Both the position numbers and the translations under genes were made by a program. From positions 64,001 to 74,654 of the IMG/VR virus record IMGVR_UViG_3300028833_006001: a DNA stretch of 10,654 nucleotides; one strand, 5' to 3'. The stretch's first letter is position 1, and each line of letters starts with the position of its first letter. This document shows positions 1 to 6,240 of this stretch, one piece after another. Below the pieces are notes generated by a model, which was not told where the DNA came from, ran no database searches, and saw nothing but the letters and a program-made list of their open reading frames with translations. The stretch is from a virus. Its lineage: Duplodnaviria; Heunggongvirae; Uroviricota; Caudoviricetes.

Positions 1-2
1 TA

Positions 3-956
3 AGAATTTTCTTATCACATATTACAGATGAAAATATTGATATATATAAAGAAGTATTAAAAGGTAATTATACAATATTCAAAGATGATGAGTATAAAGA
101 AGAACGTGGAGAAAATAATCTTTATGTTAATAGTATTGAAGTAATTGAAAAGAATATTCAGATAGTATGTTCATTATATAGATTTTATACAATTGATACT
201 ATTAAAGAAATTTATGAATTTTGTATAGATAAGAAATCAAATAGATTAAACCACACAAAACTTGAAAGAATTAGAAAATTTGTAAATATTGAATATAACA
301 GAAAGAAAAAGAAACTTGATTTTCCTATTCTGAAATATGTTAAAGAGGCACAAGATTTTGCAAATAAACATCCTCAGACAACTAAAGAAGATATTAATAA
401 ATTTAATGCTAATTATGCAGCAAAATATGCTAATTCTATTGAAGGTCTAGTTGTTCAAGATATTAATTATTTTGAAGAGGTATATAAACTTGTAAATGAA
501 TTATGGCCAGTAATTATTATTGAGAGTAGACAAAATCGTAAAGGTACTATTTCAATTTCTCCATTTGTATTGAAGTGGGAAAGAAAGGATATTGTCAAGG
601 ATATTTATGGTGATAGTAATACTCATGAATTCTTAATACAGACTCTTGAAGATGAGATGGATAAAAAGATTAATGAAGATAAAGAGATAGAAGATTTACC
701 AGAGTTTGAAAAGAAAGGAAAACTAACACTTGATGATATTAAGAAAGAAATTCCAAACATTATTCATAGTCAATTTGAATATGATGTATATTCAGAACTT
801 GATGATTCAAATAATAGATTTATGCGTCGTCAGAAGAATATGAACAATGTTGATATTATGGAGAAAATTAAAAATGAAAATAAATCTAAAGAGGAAGATA
901 CTCCAAAAGAAGAAAAGAAGAAAAATTCTGATACTCTTTTTGATGATCTGAATTAA
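3..956 (+). CDS. Hypothetical protein, 5'-truncated by the window edge (at least 317 aa visible)
   Basis: Manual translation shows frame 3 is open from base 3 (RIFLSHITDENIDIYKEVLK...) through the track's TTG 'start' at 570 to TAA at 954-956. The 128-aa call is therefore only the C-terminal part. The tail is acidic/Lys-rich and ends DTLFDDLN. No family recognised. Confidence 0.85.
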   Translation, partial: RIFLSHITDENIDIYKEVLKGNYTIFKDDEYKEERGENNLYVNSIEVIEKNIQIVCSLYRFYTIDTIKEIYEFCIDKKSNRLNHTKLERIRKFVNIEYNRKKKKLDFPILKYVKEAQDFANKHPQTTKEDINKFNANYAAKYANSIEGLVVQDINYFEEVYKLVNELWPVIIIESRQNRKGTISISPFVLKWERKDIVKDIYGDSNTHEFLIQTLEDEMDKKINEDKEIEDLPEFEKKGKLTLDDIKKEIPNIIHSQFEYDVYSELDDSNNRFMRRQKNMNNVDIMEKIKNENKSKEEDTPKEEKKKNSDTLFDDLN

Positions 957-988
957 AGATTTATATATACAACACAACATATTTATTA

Positions 989-1029
989 AAAAAATATCTA
1001 TTTATCATAAAGATTAATAGATATTTTTT
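989..1029. terminator. Intrinsic terminator-like inverted repeat, possibly bidirectional
   Basis: AAAAAATATCTATT (989-1002) and AATAGATATTTTTT (1016-1029) form a perfect 14-bp inverted repeat 32 nt after the stop at 956. The stem is AT-rich, so it would be weak. Confidence 0.55.
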
Positions 1030-1040
1030 ATTTTTACATA
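1026..1040 (+). promoter_or_regulatory. Putative + strand promoter motif TTTTATTTTTA(C/T)ATA
   Basis: TTTTATTTTTACATA lies 22 nt before the ATG at 1063 and matches 2954-2968 at 14/15 positions. Low complexity limits confidence. Confidence 0.3.
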
Positions 1041-1062
1041 GAATATATATAGAGTTAATAAA

Positions 1063-1755
1063 ATGGATTCATTAAATTTAATTGGTGATATCAATAATCG
1101 TATCAGCTATTTAAGTAATAAAATTGATGTAACATCTAAATCAGCATCAATAGCATTTTCTTATTTATTTCAAAAAATAACAGAAGTTCCAAATTACAAA
1201 GAAGATATAAATAATATAAAAACAAATGTTGGTGGTATTGATACACGACTAACATATTGTAGTTATGTAATTACTAATTCATTAGAACCAACAGTAGCAT
1301 CATTATTAATAGATAATAACAATAGTACTGTTTCTTTGAATAATGCAAATACTCAAATAAATAGTATAAAAAATACATTGAACAAATATAATAATGATAT
1401 TAGTTCAATGAAATCAGATTTAAATGATATTAAAGAAACTGTAAAAGATTTATCTGAAAAGATTACAAATATTCTTACTTGTCCTGATGGATATATTGTA
1501 GTAAGAAAACAATCAACATTTAAAGAAAATTTAAAGAAAATTGGTGATTTCTTTTATAAGATATTCCATTATAGACAAATAAAAAATGAAAAAATACGTA
1601 TAGAAAAAGAAAAACAAGAAGCTGAATTAAGACGTATTGAAGAAGAAAAACGTCTTGAACAAGAAAGAAAAGAAGCTGAATTAAGACGTAAACAAGAAGA
1701 AGAAAAAACAAAACAATTAAATCGTAGTAAAATTAAAGAATTATTAAAGAAATGA
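1063..1755 (+). CDS. Hypothetical coiled-coil protein with C-terminal E/K/R-rich helix
   Basis: 230-aa ATG ORF with a heptad-like segment (NSIKNTLNKYNNDISSMKSDLNDIKETVKDLSEKITNIL) and a charged repeat tail (EAELRR twice). Overlaps the next gene by ATGA. Confidence 0.85.
   Translation: MDSLNLIGDINNRISYLSNKIDVTSKSASIAFSYLFQKITEVPNYKEDINNIKTNVGGIDTRLTYCSYVITNSLEPTVASLLIDNNNSTVSLNNANTQINSIKNTLNKYNNDISSMKSDLNDIKETVKDLSEKITNILTCPDGYIVVRKQSTFKENLKKIGDFFYKIFHYRQIKNEKIRIEKEKQEAELRRIEEEKRLEQERKEAELRRKQEEEKTKQLNRSKIKELLKK
1616..1690 (+). repeat. In-frame 21-bp direct repeat, 54-bp period
   Basis: AAGAAGCTGAATTAAGACGTA occurs at 1616-1636 and 1670-1690, encoding EAELRR twice, 18 aa apart. Confidence 0.9.
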
Positions 1756-2045
1756 TAATAATGTTAATAATATCTATAGTTATTTCATTAGTTTGTTTAG
1801 GATTATCTGTATATTTATATATTTATAGTAAAAGATTATCTTCATGGGTTTATAATTTACAAAAAACAGTAAATATAATTAATCAACAAATAATACCAGA
1901 AATTAAAGAAGAAATAACAAACTTAAAAAATAATCCAGCAGAATTTACAAAAAGATTTTCGCTTGTTGATTTTAAAATTAATAATCTTATTAAAGCAGTT
2001 GAAAATTTTAATAATGGTTTTGGTTATAGATCTTCAACAATGTGA
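1752..2045 (+). CDS. Hypothetical membrane-anchored coiled-coil protein
   Basis: 97 aa. N-terminal hydrophobic helix (MIIMLIISIVISLVCLGLSVYLYIY) followed by KR and an amphipathic/heptad region. ATGA coupling to the upstream gene. Confidence 0.85.
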   Translation: MIIMLIISIVISLVCLGLSVYLYIYSKRLSSWVYNLQKTVNIINQQIIPEIKEEITNLKNNPAEFTKRFSLVDFKINNLIKAVENFNNGFGYRSSTM

Positions 2046-2069
2046 AATTACTAACTCTATATTTATATT

Positions 2070-2101
2070 AAAAAAGGATGATAAATTATTTATCATCCTT
2101 T
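2070..2101 (-). terminator. Intrinsic terminator overlapping the nucleotidyltransferase stop codon
   Basis: 13-bp perfect stem AAAGGATGATAAA (2073-2085) / TTTATCATCCTTT (2089-2101). The 3-nt loop is the TAA stop at 2086-2088. A T6 tract follows on the - strand. Located between convergent genes. Confidence 0.75.
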
Positions 2102-2946
2102 AAATTTGATAATGAGTTAATTTTATATATTAACCTTTGTTCATTGATTACTTTCCATATAGTTTCATTGTCCCAATATTCTAATTTAAAATCTTCTGGA
2201 ACAATATATGACCATCCTTTTCTAAATGAATTTCTAAATAAATTCTTTTCTAATTCTTTTACTTCTTGCGGATATTTAAAATTATCACTATGTATTGCTT
2301 CCCATAAAGTTTCTACAGAATTAAAATGTGATATATCTTTATCTTTAAAGGCATAACCAGCAATTTCTATAGGATCATTAGTAATATATTGTTCTTTATA
2401 TTTTGATAAATCCTTTTTATATACATATCTGAATAATGCGGTAGGTCTAAAAGAAAATTGTCCGACTTCATCATCATTAAGATTATTGTTCTTTTCTTGA
2501 CAATGATTCAATATCATATTAGCAAACATAATCTTTGCTCCAACTTTATATTTAGACTCATTTTTTCTATAATCAGGACAATAATATCTGAATTTTGTAT
2601 AATCCTTGTTCCACATAATCATAAAATCGCATTGGACATACATAGTTTTATCCTGGTTATGATAAGGGTAGTCAATTGATATAATATATAGTGATTCTAT
2701 TTTAAGCGTCTCTAAAGAGCCGAAAACGCTATTTATAATATTTTCTAATTCTTGTATATTTTTACATTTTATTGCAATATCTATATCTCCATTAAAATCA
2801 TCATTATTCTTTTTACCAACACTTCCTATTGGTAAATATTCAATATCTGGATATTTATCAATTATTTTATCAATGATTTCTTGTTGTATCTTAGGAGCTA
2901 TTTTACTAGATATTGGTTGAGTATTATTAAATGCACGATTACTCAT
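2086..2946 (-). CDS. DNA polymerase beta-superfamily nucleotidyltransferase (PolX-like catalytic core)
   Basis: Signature hGS...GDhDh (LPIGSVGKKNNDDFNGDIDIAI) plus a likely third catalytic Asp in YVQCDFMI. No lyase/HhH region precedes the core. Substrate unknown. Confidence 0.8.
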   Translation of the reverse strand: MSNRAFNNTQPISSKIAPKIQQEIIDKIIDKYPDIEYLPIGSVGKKNNDDFNGDIDIAIKCKNIQELENIINSVFGSLETLKIESLYIISIDYPYHNQDKTMYVQCDFMIMWNKDYTKFRYYCPDYRKNESKYKVGAKIMFANMILNHCQEKNNNLNDDEVGQFSFRPTALFRYVYKKDLSKYKEQYITNDPIEIAGYAFKDKDISHFNSVETLWEAIHSDNFKYPQEVKELEKNLFRNSFRKGWSYIVPEDFKLEYWDNETIWKVINEQRLIYKINSLSNLKDDK

Positions 2947-2953
2947 TTTAATA

Positions 2954-2968
2954 TTTTATTTTTATATA
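2954..2968 (+). promoter_or_regulatory. Putative + strand promoter motif TTTTATTTTTA(C/T)ATA
   Basis: TTTTATTTTTATATA lies 29 nt before the ATG at 2998 and is a near-copy of 1026-1040. Confidence 0.3.
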
Positions 2969-2971
2969 TAT

Positions 2972-2981
2972 TAATATAGAA
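2972..2981 (-). promoter_or_regulatory. Putative phage promoter motif TTCTATATTA
   Basis: Exact copy 25 nt upstream of the NTase ATG (2946), in a divergent intergenic gap with no upstream - strand terminator. Confidence 0.5.
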
Positions 2982-2997
2982 AAATATTGTAAATAAT

Positions 2998-3555
2998 ATG
3001 ATTAATTTAAATACATATATTTCAGAAAAACTTCATTTAAATAAAAATATAAATATATCTAAAGAGTATTCATTAGATATTCCTGTTGTAAAAGATGGTG
3101 ATACAAGTGAAATTTCTGATGATACTTGGAAAATAGTAAATATACCTAAGGCAAAATATATAGTATATATTGATAAATATAGAAGACGTCAGTATCATTT
3201 TGCTTCATTAGGAGATTTTATAAGTCAATTAATTTATTTCCAAGATGACTATGAAGATTTTAATCCTGATAAAGATATTATTTATTATGGTGATGATTTA
3301 GAAGATGTATTTAATTGGTATGTTGATAAATTAGGAATAAGTAAATATTTAGATAAAAATTCTAGATGGGAAGATATAGCTAAAGAAATAAATGATAAAG
3401 TAAAAAATACAGAAGATAGTGGAGAATTTTTTGCTAAAGTCTATCTTAAAGAATGGAATGAAGATGATGTTGATGGTTATGCTACAATAACTGATGAAAT
3501 AGCATCTAATAAAAAAGAATTTAGAGATTGGGTATATAAAGAATTTTCAAGTTAA
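2998..3555 (+). CDS. Hypothetical acidic protein with a possible N-terminal capsid-targeting/protease-cleavage-like motif
   Basis: 185-aa ATG ORF, Asp/Glu-rich, monocistronic, followed by a terminator. N-terminus is MINLNTYISEKL. Confidence 0.85.
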   Translation: MINLNTYISEKLHLNKNINISKEYSLDIPVVKDGDTSEISDDTWKIVNIPKAKYIVYIDKYRRRQYHFASLGDFISQLIYFQDDYEDFNPDKDIIYYGDDLEDVFNWYVDKLGISKYLDKNSRWEDIAKEINDKVKNTEDSGEFFAKVYLKEWNEDDVDGYATITDEIASNKKEFRDWVYKEFSS

Positions 3556-3561
3556 AAATAT

Positions 3562-3597
3562 AAACGCTGAGTGTTTCACAACAGTCAGCGTTTTTTT
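3562..3597 (+). terminator. Intrinsic terminator, likely bidirectional
   Basis: AAACGCTGA-G-TGTT-[TCAC]-AACA-G-TCAGCGTTT followed by T7 (3591-3597), 6 nt after the stop at 3555. On the - strand the loop reads GUGA (GNRA). Confidence 0.8.
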
Positions 3598-3625
3598 GTA
3601 AAACAAAACAAACATTATGAAATGC

Positions 3626-3654
3626 CTATATAGAAATAGACAATTTATATAGAA
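3626..3654 (-). promoter_or_regulatory. Tandem pair of promoter-like TTCTATAT motifs (19-bp period) with no downstream ORF
   Basis: TTCTATATAA (3654-3645) and TTCTATATAG (3635-3626). TTGTCT-N18-CATAAT is also present on the - strand here. Confidence 0.3.
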
Positions 3655-3679
3655 AAAAGTGTAGATTAATCTACACTTT
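3653..3679 (-). terminator. Terminator formed by a perfect 24-bp palindrome centred on the TROVE stop codon
   Basis: AAAGTGTAGATTAATCTACACTTT (3656-3679) is its own reverse complement. The TAA stop (3668-3666) lies at the centre, and the 3' arm ends in a T6 tract on the - strand. Confidence 0.75.
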
Positions 3680-5093
3680 CAAAAGTATTCTCGATACCTT
3701 CATAGGCAGCGATATATGTAAGGAAATGCTCACTCCAACCACTGATCTCAGCAGTCCATACTCCACGATAGTTAATACCACGTGTATGAGCAGATACATC
3801 ACAAATGTAGTTGTACTTACCAAAGGGCTTTGGTGTTCTCTTATTAACATCATCACAGTCCTGAGAGTCAGAGAAGACAATTACTCTATCAAAACCCTTA
3901 CCAAACCAAGGCTGGCTTTCGCACCATTCAAGGCACTGACGGGTGAAAATTCCACCACCACCAAGCTTATTATAAAGGTCATTAATCTGAGTCATAAGAC
4001 CAAATCCCTTTTCTGGATATTCAATTCTTTGACTTGCATGAACTCTAGTCCAGTCATTACCGGCAGTTGCAACGATTTCACATCTCTCACACTGGTTAGC
4101 AGCAAGCATAGCCATTGCTTCGGCAACCTGCATACGGTTGAATTCACTCTTTCCAGAGATTCCAGAATGCATACTTCCAGAAATATCTACAATAAATAGA
4201 GTCCTTCCAGGAAGCTTAGGAAGATTCTTGTAAGAATTTACCATTGCTTCAGAAATCTGAGACTTAAACTCAGGAGCATAATTTGCTGCCTTAAGGAAGT
4301 CAAGAGGAAGAAGCATAGTTCCATTAAGATTCTTAAGACCTTCATCTATAATATACCTGTCAACAGAAGCTTCCTTCATGTTTCGCATATTCATAAGCAT
4401 AGCCTTTCCACCAAGCTTACCTTCGGTGATAAGTCTCTCCCATGTAGCCTTCTTATCCTTACCAGCAGAAAGTGATACTTCCCAAGTGTCAGGAATTTCA
4501 AGAGTACGGTCAGCTACCTTCTTATAAAGGGCTTCCTCATAAGCATTAGTAGGCCTTGGGTGACAAAGGAACATTACATCACGAAGCTTAATTTCAGCAT
4601 CACGATCATACTTAGCGAGCTTATACTCATTGAAGTTATGGAATGCCTCAGCAAGACCCTTCTTAGCCTTGTTACAAATAGGAGCACCATTTCCATTCTC
4701 CTTCCAATAGATTGCTACAAAGTCAGTAAGCATATCTGTACGAGTGATAATTTCAGGAAGAAGCTTATCAACATACTGACGTGTTGCATCATACTTACAC
4801 ATCTCTACAGCAATGAAAAGAGGAGTATGACGAAGCTTCTGAAGAAGACGAGCCTCTCGTGCAAGATTATAAACATCTTCAGCTTTACAAAGTGGAATCA
4901 ATCTCTTGATTTCATCTGCTACGGATTTACCATCCATATATGCTATATCTTCCCAAAGAAGATTAGCAAGAACAGCACGACGAAGAAGTGCAATATTGCT
5001 CTGTACAGCTGCCGCCATACCGTGTCCGCCTGCGAGACGAGCAGTAGAGTCAAACTTAGAAACAGGCTTTACAGTAGGATTAATTTTACTCAT
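3666..5093 (-). CDS. TROVE domain protein with C-terminal vWA domain (Ro60/TEP1-related RNA-binding protein)
   Basis: 475 aa. TROVE-type motifs LRRAVLANLLWED, KLRHTPL, KLAKYDR, LRDVMFLCHPRP, DTWEV, MNMRNM. vWA MIDAS motif DISGS (DxSxS) and the later strand VIVFSDSQ. Confidence 0.92.
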   Translation of the reverse strand: MSKINPTVKPVSKFDSTARLAGGHGMAAAVQSNIALLRRAVLANLLWEDIAYMDGKSVADEIKRLIPLCKAEDVYNLAREARLLQKLRHTPLFIAVEMCKYDATRQYVDKLLPEIITRTDMLTDFVAIYWKENGNGAPICNKAKKGLAEAFHNFNEYKLAKYDRDAEIKLRDVMFLCHPRPTNAYEEALYKKVADRTLEIPDTWEVSLSAGKDKKATWERLITEGKLGGKAMLMNMRNMKEASVDRYIIDEGLKNLNGTMLLPLDFLKAANYAPEFKSQISEAMVNSYKNLPKLPGRTLFIVDISGSMHSGISGKSEFNRMQVAEAMAMLAANQCERCEIVATAGNDWTRVHASQRIEYPEKGFGLMTQINDLYNKLGGGGIFTRQCLEWCESQPWFGKGFDRVIVFSDSQDCDDVNKRTPKPFGKYNYICDVSAHTRGINYRGVWTAEISGWSEHFLTYIAAYEGIENTFESVD

Positions 5094-5137
5094 AGTTTTG
5101 ATTGTTTTTATATTTGTTTAACGATGTTTTACAATTT

Positions 5138-5168
5138 TATTATAGAAATATATATATTATAATTTCAA
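5138..5168 (-). promoter_or_regulatory. Putative promoter of the TROVE gene
   Basis: TTGAAA (5168-5163)-N18-TATAAT (5144-5139), embedded in the motif variant TTCTATAATA (5147-5138), 44 nt upstream of the ATG at 5093. Confidence 0.55.
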
Positions 5169-5306
5169 ATTATTTTTTAATTCTTTTTCTAAATTTTTTA
5201 AAATATTGATATTTTCAAGAAAATTCCAAAAATATGTATCATCAATATATTTTATTTCTTTTTCAGAAAGTTTTTTATTTCCTAAATATATAATTTCAGT
5301 TTGCAT
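5157..5306 (-). CDS. Small hypothetical protein (49 aa), not in the ORF track
   Basis: Manual translation: MQTEIIYLGNKKLSEKEIKYIDDTYFWNFLENINILKNLEKELKNNLKL*. Its ATG (5306-5304) overlaps the upstream TAA as TAATG, and it fills an otherwise empty 150-nt gap. Confidence 0.7.
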   Translation of the reverse strand: MQTEIIYLGNKKLSEKEIKYIDDTYFWNFLENINILKNLEKELKNNLKL

Positions 5307-5488
5307 TAGATATCAATATAAATTTCATGACCACCAGGTAACATTACATAATGAGCATGTAAAATAGCATGTACTTTTTTCCAAAATAATTCATCAGATT
5401 TGTATTCTGAATTAAAATCATTTGTTAATGAATATATTTTTTTATCTCCTGATGTCCATGATATTATATTTATTGGTTCATTACTCAT
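5306..5488 (-). CDS. Hypothetical protein (60 aa)
   Basis: ATG ORF coupled to the upstream gene (ATGA) and the downstream gene (TAATG). Confidence 0.75.
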   Translation of the reverse strand: MSNEPINIISWTSGDKKIYSLTNDFNSEYKSDELFWKKVHAILHAHYVMLPGGHEIYIDI

Positions 5489-5859
5489 CTTTGATATTTA
5501 AGATTTCTCTTAGTTTTCTTTTTATTTTCAGCAATAGTTTCTTTAAGAGCTTTCTTCTTTTGTTGTTTATTAGGAATATTAGGACGAGTCTTTAGAATTT
5601 CTCTAAGTTCTTGTTCATTAGCCCAATGGTATGCTATAAGGTGATTATCTCCACCCCAATCAGCTTCTACTTCAATAATTCCTTTATCATACATTTCGGC
5701 AAAATCAGGAGACATCATATAATTATCATGATGATAAAATTGATTATGACGCATAAAAGAAACTAACTTTTCAGTAGAAAAACTTTCAAGTTCTTCTTTA
5801 GTATAAAGATAGTTCTTTATATTCCCAGTAAATTCATATTTTGTTATAATTTCTATCAT
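5485..5859 (-). CDS. Hypothetical protein (124 aa) with basic C-terminal tail
   Basis: ATG 2 nt after the YodL-like gene stop. Lys/Arg-rich C-terminus (KTRPNIPNKQQKKKALK...). Confidence 0.85.
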   Translation of the reverse strand: MIEIITKYEFTGNIKNYLYTKEELESFSTEKLVSFMRHNQFYHHDNYMMSPDFAEMYDKGIIEVEADWGGDNHLIAYHWANEQELREILKTRPNIPNKQQKKKALKETIAENKKKTKRNLKYQR

Positions 5860-5861
5860 AA

Positions 5862-6176
5862 TTACTTAATTTCTTTCCAACCAAAATCATCACAGAAATA
5901 CATCTTGTCACCAAGAATAACTACATCTGAAACAGAAAGACTATGTCCATGAAAATCTTCAGGATGATTAAGATTGAACTTAGTGAAAAGATTATCAAGA
6001 ATAGTGATGTCATCAAATTTTTCATCAAGATTTGTTTCTCCTTCATAGACTTGCTTATAGTCCTGGAAATTGAAACCGCCATCATACTTAATCAACCACT
6101 CCCATCTTTCAAACATTTTATGAGAATTCTTAACAGATTCTTTAGTGTGGTCAAGCTGATAAATCTTGTAAATCAT
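5862..6176 (-). CDS. YodL-like domain protein
   Basis: Matches the YodL family pattern: YKIYQL...YKQVYEG...LDNLFTKFNLNHPEDFHGHSLSVSDVV. Confidence 0.85.
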   Translation of the reverse strand: MIYKIYQLDHTKESVKNSHKMFERWEWLIKYDGGFNFQDYKQVYEGETNLDEKFDDITILDNLFTKFNLNHPEDFHGHSLSVSDVVILGDKMYFCDDFGWKEIK

Positions 6177-6201
6177 AATACATCATTTTTAATTACATTA
6201 T

Positions 6202-6230
6202 TAATATAGAATAAAAAAGAGGAAATTCAA
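6202..6230 (-). promoter_or_regulatory. Putative promoter motif TTCTATATTA upstream of the YodL-like gene
   Basis: Exact motif at 6211-6202, 25 nt before the ATG at 6176 (same spacing as for the NTase). TTGAAT-N16-TATATT can also be read across the adjacent hairpin. Confidence 0.5.
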
Positions 6231-6240
6231 AATTTCCTCT
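6213..6240 (-). terminator. Intrinsic terminator overlapping a TAG stop
   Basis: 10-bp stem AGAGGAAATT / AATTTCCTCT (6218-6227, 6231-6240), 3-nt loop, T6 tract on the - strand. Confidence 0.75.

Noticed and set aside
570-956. Track ORF starting at TTG 570 (128 aa)
   Set aside because: The frame is open back to base 3, so this is the 3' part of a longer gene that starts before the window.
1520-1711. Antisense 63-aa hydrophobic ORF that looks like a membrane peptide
   Set aside because: It is the reverse complement of the GAA/AAA-rich repeat in 1063-1755, which automatically yields Phe/Leu runs.
1752-2045. i-spanin or holin call
   Set aside because: No overlapping lipoprotein (lipobox) ORF or endolysin is nearby, and a transmembrane helix plus coiled coil alone is not diagnostic.
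2060-2067. T4 late promoter consensus TATAAATA on the - strand
   Set aside because: It points antisense into a + strand gene from a terminator tail and is expected by chance at this AT content.
2078-2679. + strand ORFs 2078-2356 and 2458-2679
   Set aside because: Both are shadow ORFs antisense to the well-supported nucleotidyltransferase and have no motifs.
2086-2946. CBASS CD-NTase or MNT-HEPN toxin-antitoxin call
   Set aside because: No Cap effector, E1/E2/JAB or HEPN (RxxxxH) partner is adjacent. Kept only as an open possibility for a generic NTase.
5094-5156. Y RNA or tRNA upstream of TROVE
   Set aside because: Only 63 AT-rich nt remain once the 49-aa ORF is included, with no stable stem or T-loop.
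3671-5162. + strand ORFs 3671-3880, 3726-4199, 4560-5162 and 4906-5121
   Set aside because: All are antisense to TROVE. The two longest are codon-aligned and explained by TROVE's avoidance of TTA, CTA and TCA. Used only as evidence of codon bias.
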